Of a DNA stretch of 64,000 nucleotides, positions 47,102 to 56,670 are shown piece by piece (the first letter of the stretch is position 1; each line of letters begins with the position of its first letter). The notes under the pieces were generated by a model, which ran no database searches, was not told where the DNA came from, and worked only from the letters and a program-made list of their open reading frames with translations. The translations under genes and the position numbers were made by a program. This DNA is from an uncultured Gammaproteobacteria bacterium (GTDB lineage Bacteria > Patescibacteriota > Microgenomatia > JAMCZE01), in contig CAZNUP010000001.1 of assembly GCA_964576435.1 (NCBI GenBank), positions 98,345 through 162,344 of the forward strand. The letters run 5' to 3'.

Positions 47102-47484
47102 GTGACACAAAAAAAATGATTTTAGCAGGGGTAGCAGTGATTGTTTTGGTGCTTGGTATGTATATTGGATCTAAAAACAATTACATCACATTTCCTGAAG
47201 CAGTCAAAAATGCTACTGAAAAGGCGGATCAACAAAATAAAAATATCATTGTTATGGAAGATAATACCTATTCTCCAGCCAACCTAATAGTTAAAAATGG
47301 TCAAACTGTCACCTGGGAAAATAAGGGCACCATGGATCATACTGCAACAGCAGACGATGGCTCCTTTGACACCAGAACTATTGTTCCTGGCCAAAAAGTG
47401 GTTTTGGAATTTAATACTCCGGGGACTTATTCCTACCATTGTTCTTTTCATCCAGACATGGTTGGAACCATAGTTGTCGAATGA
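47098..47484 (+). CDS. Cupredoxin (plastocyanin/azurin-like) membrane-anchored copper protein
   Basis: 'GQTVTWEN', 'HTAT', type-1 Cu ligands in 'YHCSFHPDM.G.I.V'. Confidence 0.93.
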   Translation: MSDTKKMILAGVAVIVLVLGMYIGSKNNYITFPEAVKNATEKADQQNKNIIVMEDNTYSPANLIVKNGQTVTWENKGTMDHTATADDGSFDTRTIVPGQKVVLEFNTPGTYSYHCSFHPDMVGTIVVE

Positions 47485-49313
47485 AAAAAATATTCCTAAT
47501 TTTGTTTTTTCTCCCACTTTTTCTTTTCTTTGGAAAGAGTGTTGAAGCAAAAAGTTTCTATTTTCCAAACGTTGATATAGAAGCTAAGATAAATTCTGAT
47601 TCCTCAGTCAACTTTATTGAAAAACGCACCTTTGATTTTGATGGCAGTTTTACTCAAGTCTATTGGGACATACCGTTAACTGGTAATCAACAAATTTCTG
47701 ATGTAAAAATTGAAGAAGTTGGTTACGGCCCTTACGAAGAAATTGATTTTATAGATCCAAATCGACCAACCAATAAATATGCAGCTAGAAGGCAAGGGGA
47801 CACTGAACACATTGAAGCCTGGCATTCGTCACAAGATGAGATAAAGACATTTGTTTTAAGCTATAAAGTCACTGGTGCCGTTCAAAAGTACCAAGATGTT
47901 GCCGAGTTCTATTGGCAGATGATTGGTGACGGTTGGGGCTCTCAAACTGAAAATGTAAAAGTCTTAGTCACTCTCCCAAGCACTGTAAATAAAAAACAGA
48001 TTTACGTTTGGGGCCATGGCCCATTAAATGGACAAGCAAAAATTTTAAATGAAACAACCACTGAATTTACAGCAACCAACCTAAGCCCCAATACTTTTTT
48101 TGAAATTCGTGAACTTTTCCCAAGTAGCCTTATAGAAGGACCAGCTATAAGTAAAAATCACCTACAAGAAATCAAAGATGAAGAAGCAGGATTCCAACGA
48201 CAAACAGTAATTTCTGGTTGGTTAGCAGTGAGTTTCGCAATTTTGGTTTTAGGTGGATTAACCGCTTGGGTAATTTTCTGGTGGCGTATTTGGGTCAAAT
48301 ACGGTAAAGAATATCCGGTTGAAGTTCCAAAATATGTTCACTTCCCTCCAAGCAAGTTGGCTCCCGCATTAGTTGAAGCGCTTGTAAATCAGGAACAGAC
48401 AGTTTCTGTAACCTCATTTACCGCAACACTTCTTGACCTTGCTCGAAGGAAATATCTAAAAATTGAATCTAACGAGTCCTATTCCAAAGGTGTTCTTGGT
48501 ATAGGTAGTAAAAAAGTCTATTCCTATATTCTTCATAAATTACCGAAAGAAGATGGGTTAGAAGACTTTGAAAAAGACGTTTTAGATTTCGTCTTTGAGT
48601 TTTCTGATGACGGTAAAACATTATCCTTTGACATTCTAAAAAGTGAAATGAAAAGTTCACCGTCAAAAACCAAAAAGTTCTTTGATGCTTGGAAAAATAA
48701 AGTTACCAAAAAAGCAGATTCCTTAGATTTCGTTGATGAAGAAAGTAAAGTGTGGAAAAAACGCTTTACGGTAAGTAATGCGGTTCTTCTATCTCTTTTC
48801 TTTGTTTCTCTAGTTGTTTACTTCCACATTTGGGGAGCAATCATTCATGCCATAATTTTCCCATTAGTATTTGGCGGAATTTTCCTTAGCGTCCTTGGAC
48901 GCTTCATGCTTAGATGGAAAAAAGATAAAGCCTTAGAAGCGAAACAATGGTTAGCTTTTAAAAAGTTTCTAGAAGATTTCTCGCACTTTAAGGATGAGTT
49001 GCCTCAAGCTCTCATTATTTGGGAAGATATGTTAGTTTATGGCACAGCTCTTGGTGTTGCTTCTAAAGTTAGTGAGTATTTACCTCTAATTCTAAAGCAA
49101 GAAGGTGCATCCTCTCACTATCCGTCCTGGTACTACATGACTGGGGTAAGTGGTGCAAATAACAATTTCTCTTTTGATTTTACCTCTTCTCTAACTCAAA
49201 GCTTTGCCTCTGTCGCAACAGCTGCCAGCACTTCTATGAGTTCGGGTGGGGGTGGAGGTTTCTCAGGAGGCGGTGGCGGAGGAGGCGGTGGCGGCGGTGG
49301 TGGAGCCAGTTAA
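47481..49313 (+). CDS. DUF2207 domain membrane protein
   Basis: Signal peptide, 'AEFYWQMIG', 'WGHGP', 'ATLLDLARR', 'W.AFKKFLEDFS', 'WEDMLVYGTALGV', Gly-rich tail. Start is ATG 47481. Confidence 0.92.
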   Translation: MKKIFLILFFLPLFLFFGKSVEAKSFYFPNVDIEAKINSDSSVNFIEKRTFDFDGSFTQVYWDIPLTGNQQISDVKIEEVGYGPYEEIDFIDPNRPTNKYAARRQGDTEHIEAWHSSQDEIKTFVLSYKVTGAVQKYQDVAEFYWQMIGDGWGSQTENVKVLVTLPSTVNKKQIYVWGHGPLNGQAKILNETTTEFTATNLSPNTFFEIRELFPSSLIEGPAISKNHLQEIKDEEAGFQRQTVISGWLAVSFAILVLGGLTAWVIFWWRIWVKYGKEYPVEVPKYVHFPPSKLAPALVEALVNQEQTVSVTSFTATLLDLARRKYLKIESNESYSKGVLGIGSKKVYSYILHKLPKEDGLEDFEKDVLDFVFEFSDDGKTLSFDILKSEMKSSPSKTKKFFDAWKNKVTKKADSLDFVDEESKVWKKRFTVSNAVLLSLFFVSLVVYFHIWGAIIHAIIFPLVFGGIFLSVLGRFMLRWKKDKALEAKQWLAFKKFLEDFSHFKDELPQALIIWEDMLVYGTALGVASKVSEYLPLILKQEGASSHYPSWYYMTGVSGANNNFSFDFTSSLTQSFASVATAASTSMSSGGGGGFSGGGGGGGGGGGGGAS

Positions 49314-50059
49314 TCAGTTACTACTAATCTAAAAGATTCGAATCTTTTACCTTCGGGATAATCTTCAGACAAAGTAAAGAAATCTGCAGACTCTTGTGCT
49401 CCTTCTAAACTGTATTGAGATTTGTGCGTTGCGTGAGCTTTAATTCTCGTCTGAACTGTTTCGCTGACGTCAATGTGAACTGTGTCTGGGTCGCCGTAGA
49501 AGTCGACGAGTAAAAATTCTTTTACTGAATGAGAAGCTGCTTCTGGATTATTAAAGTGTTCCGGAAAAAATAATATGTCCCGGCTATACGGATAAGCTGC
49601 ATCCAAAACTGCTTGACCAGTTGACCTGTGGTCGCGATGATTAACCCAACTGTCACCCGACGTATGGCGAATAATTACATTTTCCGGATTGTGTGTGATT
49701 ATTATTTCAGGTTTAAAAAGTCTTATTTGTAAGGCAATTTTCCCAATAATCTCCAAGCTGTCCTGAATTTCACCGTCTGGAATATGTAAATAAATATTAT
49801 CTTCCTCCTTTACCCCAAGTATTTTCATTGCATCAGCGTCTTCCTGTTCACGGGTTTCAAGTAGTTTTTTTGAAGTGATTTTTTGTTGTTTAGATCCCTT
49901 ATCTCCACTTGTCATTTTTACAACTCTGACTCTTTTGCCATCATTAATAAGTCTTGCAATTGTTCCTCCACAATATAATTCCGCATCATCAGGGTGAGCA
50001 AATATAACCATTATTCGACCTTTATCGCCAAAGACCTTTTTATACTCGTCTTGAACCAT
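49310..50059 (-). CDS. PIG-L/LmbE family deacetylase
   Basis: 'AHPDDAE', 'TSGDKG', 'R..E', 'HRDH', 'H.SQ'. Confidence 0.93.
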   Translation of the reverse strand: MVQDEYKKVFGDKGRIMVIFAHPDDAELYCGGTIARLINDGKRVRVVKMTSGDKGSKQQKITSKKLLETREQEDADAMKILGVKEEDNIYLHIPDGEIQDSLEIIGKIALQIRLFKPEIIITHNPENVIIRHTSGDSWVNHRDHRSTGQAVLDAAYPYSRDILFFPEHFNNPEAASHSVKEFLLVDFYGDPDTVHIDVSETVQTRIKAHATHKSQYSLEGAQESADFFTLSEDYPEGKRFESFRLVVTD

Positions 50060-50092
50060 GTGAAGCTATTATATCTATTAATTAATATAACC

Positions 50093-50119
50093 AAAACCCT
50101 CTCCGGTGGGAGCCGGAGA
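50093..50119 (-). terminator. Probable intrinsic terminator
   Basis: TCTCCGG-N6-CCGGAGA stem followed by GGGTTTT on the - strand, just after the stop of 50129..50932. Confidence 0.55.
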
Positions 50120-50128
50120 AGATTGAGA

Positions 50129-50932
50129 TTATTGAGCCATTGCCCCAGACGGGCTAGCGCTCACTGCTGGTGAGGCAGTTACCAGTGTTGGTCCACTAAC
50201 TACGTCATAAGTTATATGTCCATCACTAAGTCCTGTGACTTTTATTTGAATTGCCACCTCTTTGCCAAGCATTGTATTCTTAATTTGTGTTGACGTTGCT
50301 TGGTTGAACTCAAAATAGTATTTCTTACCTTCGTTTGTTGTTAAGGTAAAAACACTTCCTCCAAAGACAGAATCATCGGATACAAAGGCAAGCGTCCCTT
50401 GTAATGTTATTCCTTGTCCAATCTTAGATGTAGTATCACTAACACTTGTCGCTACAGATGTCTTAAGTGCTGCTATCTTGGTCTTTAAATTTGCTACAGC
50501 CTGTGAAACTTCAGCTGGAAGTTGTGGTTGCTTTTGAGTAAGAACAACTGGTTGTTTTTCAACAAAAACAACAATGGTATTCAAATCATTTTTCCCAGCG
50601 GTATCAAGTGCGGAGCTAATTTTATTGACATAAGCTTTAGTCAAAGCCAGTCTAACAACAGGGTTATTGATATCATCAATTGCCCCGGCAACATTTTGAG
50701 CCCCTTCTTTCATCGCATCAACTGCGTCCATTTTTGCTTCTTGAGACTCTTTTTGTACATCCTCGACCTGACTCTTTGTCTGAGCCAGCTGATCTGATAG
50801 TTGGTTAATGCTGTTTCTATTAACAAACCAAAGACCAACTAAGCCGATTATTATGACTAAACCAACGACCCCAACCACCATTCCGGTTGAGCTTTTCTTA
50901 GATTGACTGCTACTGCTATTACTTTCATCCAT
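50129..50932 (-). CDS. Membrane-anchored hypothetical protein
   Basis: Single TM, coiled coil, C-terminal beta domain; SD AAGGAGGTGA upstream. Confidence 0.8.
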   Translation of the reverse strand: MDESNSSSSQSKKSSTGMVVGVVGLVIIIGLVGLWFVNRNSINQLSDQLAQTKSQVEDVQKESQEAKMDAVDAMKEGAQNVAGAIDDINNPVVRLALTKAYVNKISSALDTAGKNDLNTIVVFVEKQPVVLTQKQPQLPAEVSQAVANLKTKIAALKTSVATSVSDTTSKIGQGITLQGTLAFVSDDSVFGGSVFTLTTNEGKKYYFEFNQATSTQIKNTMLGKEVAIQIKVTGLSDGHITYDVVSGPTLVTASPAVSASPSGAMAQ

Positions 50933-50985
50933 TAATTCTCACCTCCTTACGTTTCTTTAGGCACATTGTAAACATTTCTGCTTGT

Positions 50986-52275
50986 TTGTCAAAGAAAAAA
51001 ATATTAATATCTGGACTAGTGTCAAAAAACACAAAACCACCCGAGATCGCGAACCACCCTAAATTGTGGCACATAATCTTAATTGCCTTTATTGCCATAG
51101 CTTTTACCGCCTTCTGGCTAGGTGGTTATGAAATCATAAATAATCTAATTTGGGGGAATACTTTTGTTCAAGCTAATAGGTGGGTGTTCCCGGTTTTAGC
51201 TATATTTTTCTCTCTGATTGTAGGCCTTGCTCAAAAATACCTGAGTGCACCCAATGTAATTAATGGGGGAGCAATGGATGCATTTAAGGGAAATCCGGGT
51301 AGCGACGAGGAAAAGAAAATTCCCTTTGTTGGCACTCTCATTACTTCTTTTGCCTCACTTTTGTCAGGTGCCAGTGTTGGCCCAGAAGGCTCCCTTGGCA
51401 CACTAGTTGGTCAGATATCCAAATTTACCAGGAAAAAATTAAAGCTAAGTGATTCTGAAGCGCTTGGGTTCGATTCTGCTGCTATGGCCTCAGCCTATAA
51501 CGGTATAATAGGTAGTCCACTTTTTACTGCGGTTTTAGCAACTGAACTCCGCTCCGGATCTTCTTCTCCTCTTTCATTTTTAACTTGGAATTTGCTAGCC
51601 GGTGCCATTGGTTTTATATTCTTTGTTACCCTGGGTCTTCCAGAATTTGCTAAGTACATCCCTTTTACCCCAATTGAAAGTTTAGAGCCCACCTATATTT
51701 TTTGGTCAGTTGCTATGGGACTCATTGGCACTCTTATTGCCATATTTACCATGGTTCTTTTTAAAAAAGCTCAAGAGATTAACACCAAAATATTTGGTAC
51801 AAAAGTAGTTGCCAGAGCTCTAGCTGTTGGAGTGATTGTTGGAATAGTGGGTTATTTCTTTCCAGAAGTAATGTTTGCAGGAGAAACTCAAATCTTCCCC
51901 ATGCTTCAAAACCCAGCTGCCTATGGAGTAGCACTCCTTATTTTCTTTGGCCTTTTAAAAATTGTCCTTTTAGCAATTTCTTTTAAAGGAGGTTTCCTCG
52001 GTGGCCCAACTTTCCCAATTCTTTTTGCTTGCACCATGATTGGTCTAGCGCTAAGTTTAATTTTCCCAACCATACCAATCTCCATTTTTGTTCTGGGAAT
52101 TGAAGCAGCCACTATAACCTTGGTTTTGAATGCACCCTTAACCGCCATTCTTCTTGTAGGAATTGTTGGTACGGCTGATTCAAATACCGTAGTTCTTCTT
52201 GTTCTGTCCTCAGTAACCGCCATGTTTTTGGGTGAGGCTCTAAAGAAAAGAAGTGTGTTAAGATTGAAAAAATAA
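50986..52275 (+). CDS. ClC-family chloride channel/transporter (no CBS domains)
   Basis: 'GASVGPEG', 'GSPLF', 'GGFLGGPTFPILF', 'APLTAILL'. Start may be GTG 51019. Confidence 0.88.
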   Translation: MSKKKILISGLVSKNTKPPEIANHPKLWHIILIAFIAIAFTAFWLGGYEIINNLIWGNTFVQANRWVFPVLAIFFSLIVGLAQKYLSAPNVINGGAMDAFKGNPGSDEEKKIPFVGTLITSFASLLSGASVGPEGSLGTLVGQISKFTRKKLKLSDSEALGFDSAAMASAYNGIIGSPLFTAVLATELRSGSSSPLSFLTWNLLAGAIGFIFFVTLGLPEFAKYIPFTPIESLEPTYIFWSVAMGLIGTLIAIFTMVLFKKAQEINTKIFGTKVVARALAVGVIVGIVGYFFPEVMFAGETQIFPMLQNPAAYGVALLIFFGLLKIVLLAISFKGGFLGGPTFPILFACTMIGLALSLIFPTIPISIFVLGIEAATITLVLNAPLTAILLVGIVGTADSNTVVLLVLSSVTAMFLGEALKKRSVLRLKK

Positions 52276-52291
52276 AAGGAGGTGATTTCAG

Positions 52292-52552
52292 ATGATTATG
52301 ATGAGAAGAGGTCGACCAATCATGGCAGCTGCCGCAACAGCATCCATGGTAAGTACTGCACGCACAAATAGAGCAGTCAGAAAAAATATCGAAGGCCAAA
52401 ATGTCGCTCAAGATGCTCAAACGCAACAACAAGCAGCACCTGCTCAAGACGACACCACAGCTGAATTGGAAAAGTTGAAAGGCCTTTTGGATCAAGGTTT
52501 GATTTCCCAATCCGACTACGATGCCAAAAAGAAACAACTTTTAGGTCTTTAA
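52292..52552 (+). CDS. SHOCT-domain protein
   Basis: 'ELEKLKGLLDQGLISQSDYDAKKKQLL'; SD AAAGGAGGTGA. Confidence 0.9.
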   Translation: MIMMRRGRPIMAAAATASMVSTARTNRAVRKNIEGQNVAQDAQTQQQAAPAQDDTTAELEKLKGLLDQGLISQSDYDAKKKQLLGL

Positions 52553-52564
52553 TAAGTAGTTATA

Positions 52565-52607
52565 AAACAAAGCTCTTCTACCAATTGGTGGGTAAGGAGC
52601 TTTGTTT
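52565..52607. terminator. Bidirectional terminator between convergent genes
   Basis: AAACAAAGCTC...GAGCTTTGTTT 11-bp arms with further internal pairing. Confidence 0.7.
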
Positions 52608-52623
52608 AGTTTTAAAGGAGATT

Positions 52624-53298
52624 CTATTTTTTCTTGGGCTGAAGAAATGCAGTTGCTAAAAAACCACTTAATGTTCCGAAAAGTCCAATTCCCACAAGCA
52701 TCACAACCACTCCAATTATTCGTCCCCAATTGGTAACTGGATACCTATCTCCATACCCAACAGTTGTAATAGTTACGATTATCCACCACAAAGCATCTGA
52801 TGGAGTCTTAATATTAGCTGCTGATGAAAAAGACTCTACATGTAAAATCAATATTCCTCCAAATTCCAAAACCAAAATAGCGAGGAAAAAAATTGTCAAA
52901 AGAGCACTGCTTCCTCTATTTGCTAAAAATTCCAAGACCAATCTTTTTGTGTGATATTTCCTCATAATTCGGACTGCCCGTAGTAGTCTAAAAAATAAAA
53001 GAATCTTAAGTTCGGGGAAGGGTAAACTTGCCAATAGGTCCGCCCATCCATATCTGTGAATAAAGTATTCTTTTTTTGTTTTGTTACCAAAAAATCGTAT
53101 CGAGAAGTCAGCCAGGAAAATTAAATCAAACACCACATTCATTATCACAACGACCCCAGCAATATCCTCTGACTTAACAAAATATAGAAGAAATACATTA
53201 ATAACAGACAATATCGATAAAGCAGCTATAAAAAGCTCGTAAGTTATTGAGCCAATTTGGTCGGGAGATTTGCTTTCTTTTTTATTTTTTACTGCCAT
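52624..53298 (-). CDS. Potassium channel (6-TM, Kv-like)
   Basis: Filter 'TITTVGYGD', S4-like 'FFRLLRAVRIMR'. Confidence 0.93.
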   Translation of the reverse strand: MAVKNKKESKSPDQIGSITYELFIAALSILSVINVFLLYFVKSEDIAGVVVIMNVVFDLIFLADFSIRFFGNKTKKEYFIHRYGWADLLASLPFPELKILLFFRLLRAVRIMRKYHTKRLVLEFLANRGSSALLTIFFLAILVLEFGGILILHVESFSSAANIKTPSDALWWIIVTITTVGYGDRYPVTNWGRIIGVVVMLVGIGLFGTLSGFLATAFLQPKKK

Positions 53299-53354
53299 TA
53301 CAATTTATTTTTAGGCAGTGCGTGCTATTTTAGCACGTTTTTAAGGGTGTGGGG

Positions 53355-53792
53355 CTACAAAGCAAACAAAATGACACTCATTACAAGAAGACTAACTAAG
53401 TAGTAGCCAGTATCGATTGCAAGAAGACTCCAAGGTTTTTTCTCAACATTAAATAGAAACTTTGAAAATGCGTACATCGCAATAAATCCAATCCATGCCC
53501 AAACAGCCGTTTTCATTGCAATAAAGAGTGTTAAATACCCAGGTGCTGCATACCAAATAAAGTGAGCAAGGACATAGGCCATAACTAGCGATGAAACAAA
53601 CATTAACCCATAAGCTTTTGGCATCTCTTTCTTAGTAGTCTCCTCCTTTTCTTTAGTAAGTCCAACCATCTTCGACCATTTCTTGCCAAATAGGGGACCA
53701 TACCATAAATATCCAAGGATCATAGCAGCTACCCCACAAAGAAGAATTGCAAAATAGTTAATTGGTACCATGAAGAAGTTTCCAAGTTCCAT
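53355..53792 (-). CDS. DUF1761 membrane protein
   Basis: 'INYFAIL', 'LGYLWYGPLFGKKW', 'IDTGY.LV'. Confidence 0.9.
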   Translation of the reverse strand: MELGNFFMVPINYFAILLCGVAAMILGYLWYGPLFGKKWSKMVGLTKEKEETTKKEMPKAYGLMFVSSLVMAYVLAHFIWYAAPGYLTLFIAMKTAVWAWIGFIAMYAFSKFLFNVEKKPWSLLAIDTGYYLVSLLVMSVILFAL

Positions 53793-53811
53793 ATAATTTA
53801 TATTAGTCTAA

Positions 53812-54825
53812 TTAGTTTCCTTTAATCAAGCTCCAAGTTGCATATTCTTCTCGCTTAAGGTCAAACCTGTCTTTAGGCTGTCTTTTAAGTGAGTGGGCAA
53901 AGTGAGGTATTAGTTCTTTCCCTTCATAGCTTTTTATTATTTTTGGATGAATGTAATAAGTCCTGCAAACCGTTTTTGTATTTCCAAGAAGCTTCGAGAC
54001 TTCAGATACAGCGTCAATTATGTTCTTTTTTATCCCTTTAGCATCCTCTCCGTTACCCTTGGTGTAAAGTGATTCACCAGCCATAACGCTTCCTCCCCAG
54101 GTTCTAAAATCTTTTGCTGAAAAATCAGACCCCGCATAGGTTTGTAAGTATTCATTTACATCAGCTGAGTCAATTGTTTGTGGTTGTTTATTCTCATCTA
54201 TATATTGGAAAAGTTCATACCCAGGCAAATCAATACATTTCTTAACTGTTTTAGCTACAGTTGGGTGTGTTACTCCAAGTTCATGATCGACTCCACTTTT
54301 CCCCCTAAAGCTAAATGTCACTTTGTTTCCCACAACATCAACGTGTTTGTTTCTCATTGTGGTAAGTCCATAAGATTGATTCTCTTCAGCATAAACTTTA
54401 TTCCCAACTCTTATAAATGTATGTTCAAGAAGCCACACGACAGTAGCAACTATCCTATTTCTAGTTAAAGTTGGGTCTTTCATGTGTCCATCAACTGTTT
54501 TTCTGAGTTCTGGGAGTGCTTCACCAAAACTCACCATCTGTTCAAACTTGTGCTTCTGGTTGTGTTTAACTAGGTCTGGGTGATAAATATATTGTTTCCG
54601 CCTCTTTGCGTCGGTTCCAATAACTTGAATATAAGATAGTGGGTCAGATGCAATTAAAACTTCAGTCCAAGCGGGTGGAATTGCAAACTCTAAAATTCTT
54701 TCTCTATCTTTTTCAGAAACGACTTTTCCGTCTTCATCTACAAAACTGAAGCTATCACCGTTTTTTCTGCGCCTTAAATTTAAGTTTAAATTTTTAGGAT
54801 AGTGAAGTGTCATTGTCCTTCCCAA
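53812..54825 (-). CDS. DNA topoisomerase IB (bacterial/poxvirus-like)
   Basis: 'IPPAWTEV.I', 'G.DAKRRKQY.YH', 'IRVGN..YA..N.SYGLTT', 'F.GKSG', 'AKDFRTW', 'LGNT..VCR.YYIHP'. Start may be 54813. Confidence 0.95.
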   Translation of the reverse strand: MGRTMTLHYPKNLNLNLRRRKNGDSFSFVDEDGKVVSEKDRERILEFAIPPAWTEVLIASDPLSYIQVIGTDAKRRKQYIYHPDLVKHNQKHKFEQMVSFGEALPELRKTVDGHMKDPTLTRNRIVATVVWLLEHTFIRVGNKVYAEENQSYGLTTMRNKHVDVVGNKVTFSFRGKSGVDHELGVTHPTVAKTVKKCIDLPGYELFQYIDENKQPQTIDSADVNEYLQTYAGSDFSAKDFRTWGGSVMAGESLYTKGNGEDAKGIKKNIIDAVSEVSKLLGNTKTVCRTYYIHPKIIKSYEGKELIPHFAHSLKRQPKDRFDLKREEYATWSLIKGN

Positions 54826-55169
54826 GGGGTCATAAGCTGGAAATAGTTTCCATCAGGATCAGAAAGAGTTGCAATCCAAGCACCTTGCATTTCATAAGGT
54901 TCTTTAACTGAAATTGCACCTGCTTTAACCATTCTGTCAAACTCTTCTTTAACTTCTTTTGTTTCAAAATTAAACATCATTCGTGCTGGTTCTTTTGATT
55001 GCCCTTTAACTTCTGAATGTGGACCCACTGAGAAAAATGTGTCTCCCGCTTTCCATCCTGTCCAATCTCCATCTTGCATCATAGGTTCCATGCCAAGGAC
55101 TTTTGTATAAAACTCTGATAACACTTTTGGCTGACTTGACCCGATCATTATTGAATTTAAATTAATCAT
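54810..55169 (-). CDS. VOC/glyoxalase family protein
   Basis: 'FYTKVLG', 'DPDGNYFQL'. Confidence 0.9.
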   Translation of the reverse strand: MINLNSIMIGSSQPKVLSEFYTKVLGMEPMMQDGDWTGWKAGDTFFSVGPHSEVKGQSKEPARMMFNFETKEVKEEFDRMVKAGAISVKEPYEMQGAWIATLSDPDGNYFQLMTPWEGQ

Positions 55170-55186
55170 ATAATTTTATTCTATCA

Positions 55187-55591
55187 CTACTTTGGTGCTT
55201 TAGTTTCATCAATATAAGTTAGTTCCCAAATATGTCCATCGATATCAGAGATACTTTGTGAATACATCCATCCATAATCATCAACTGGCCTGTTTATTTT
55301 TCCACCATTTTCGACTGCAAGTTTACTAAGTTCATCAACTTTTTCTTTACTATCAAATGAAATGGCATTAATAACTTCAACGTTTTGAAAACTATCAACA
55401 ATATTTTTATTTGTAAAAGTTTTAAAAAACTCTTCTTTGAGAAGCATTGCAAAGATATTGTCACCTAAAGTCAAAGCGGCTGCCTTCTCATCAGTAAATG
55501 TCTTATTAAAGCTAAACCCAAGATTCGTCCAAAAGTTCATTGTTTTAGAAAGATCTTTAACAGGAAGATTAACAAATATTTGCTTAACCAT
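55187..55591 (-). CDS. VOC/glyoxalase family protein
   Basis: 'IFVNLPVKDL', 'LGFSFN..FTDE', 'DYGWMY', 'DIDGHIWE'. Confidence 0.92.
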   Translation of the reverse strand: MVKQIFVNLPVKDLSKTMNFWTNLGFSFNKTFTDEKAAALTLGDNIFAMLLKEEFFKTFTNKNIVDSFQNVEVINAISFDSKEKVDELSKLAVENGGKINRPVDDYGWMYSQSISDIDGHIWELTYIDETKAPK

Positions 55592-55807
55592 AGATATATT
55601 TTAACAACTTGATAAAATATTTTCTATACAAAAGATATTCAATTTTTGTGGTTTGACACCCATTTCTACTAGAAGTAACTATTTGTACGTTTATAAATCC
55701 AAGTTTAAAAAAATAAATCTCTAGGTTTGAATTGGCTATATTTTAATTTGTTGGAGCTATTCCCTAGGAGTAGTGCCCCATATTTAGCCGTAAGCTAAAT
55801 TTAGATA

Positions 55808-56209
55808 TTATCCACGTGGATTTGGTTGAAGTGTTCCCACTCTATTTCCTTCAGAATCTTCAATTGCGACGTATTTTCCAATTCCCGGAATATCCATAGG
55901 TTCTCCCAAGATTTTTCCTCCCGCCTTCTTTACCATTTCCATGCTGGTGTTAATGTCTTCAACTGCAATCACAACTGAGGGCATTTGAAATCCAGGTTTA
56001 TCGGCTTTTGGAAAAAACCCACCATTAATTGTTCCAGGAGTTTTAACCATTCCGTTCTCGTCAGTATCAGAGGTCTGGGCCATTACATATCCGCCGTATT
56101 CTTCACCAGCAATTTGCATTTTCCATCCAAACGCTTCCTCATAAAATTTAACTACTCGAGCTTTGTCAGACGCTGGCATCTCAAAATGAACTACTGGGTT
56201 TGGTTTCAT
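55808..56209 (-). CDS. VOC/glyoxalase family protein
   Basis: 'NPVVHFE', 'FYEEAFGW', 'GTINGG', 'AGGK', 'DSEGN'. Confidence 0.92.
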   Translation of the reverse strand: MKPNPVVHFEMPASDKARVVKFYEEAFGWKMQIAGEEYGGYVMAQTSDTDENGMVKTPGTINGGFFPKADKPGFQMPSVVIAVEDINTSMEMVKKAGGKILGEPMDIPGIGKYVAIEDSEGNRVGTLQPNPRG

Positions 56210-56223
56210 ATACCTATTTTAAC

Positions 56224-56601
56224 TTACCCTTTGATAGTTTTTAAACCATCAAGGTCTTCGTTTAATTTAGCTTGTCCCTTAATCAATTTTTTTATTAGAT
56301 CAGTTTGCAATTTCTCACTAAGAGGCAGTTGAATTGTGCCTTTGGTCATTTCATATCCCTTAAGTTCCTTTTCAAACTCTTTTCTAACCGGTTCTTTTAT
56401 TCCATAAAGTCCAATATGTTTTTCCCAAAAAGCAAAATAGGCAAGCCACCCATGATATTTATAAGCAGGCATTGAATAACTAATTCTCTCCTCAGCACTG
56501 GGGACCACGTCCTTTATAATTTTCCTAATTTCTTGAAGTCTTCCTTGGATTTCTTTTGGAGCCAAAGCTATGTATTGGTCAACATTTTTGAAGGAATTCA
56601 T
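56224..56601 (-). CDS. DUF1801 (YdhG-like) protein
   Basis: 'VDQYI', 'AEERISYSMPAY', 'KHIGLY', 'TKGTIQLP'. Confidence 0.92.
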   Translation of the reverse strand: MNSFKNVDQYIALAPKEIQGRLQEIRKIIKDVVPSAEERISYSMPAYKYHGWLAYFAFWEKHIGLYGIKEPVRKEFEKELKGYEMTKGTIQLPLSEKLQTDLIKKLIKGQAKLNEDLDGLKTIKG

Positions 56602-56615
56602 CTGTGGAGTATATC

Positions 56616-56658
56616 AAAAAACAAAAAACTCCGAGCACCCTTTGTAACTCGGAGTTTT
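56616..56658 (-). terminator. Intrinsic terminator of the cold-shock gene
   Basis: AAAACTCCGAG-N12-CTCGGAGTTTT followed by a T-rich tract on the - strand. Confidence 0.8.
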
Positions 56659-56670
56659 CTTAAATAAGCC

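Noticed and set aside
49243-49310. GGN-rich repeat tract
   Set aside because: Encodes the normal Gly-rich C-terminal tail of DUF2207 proteins.
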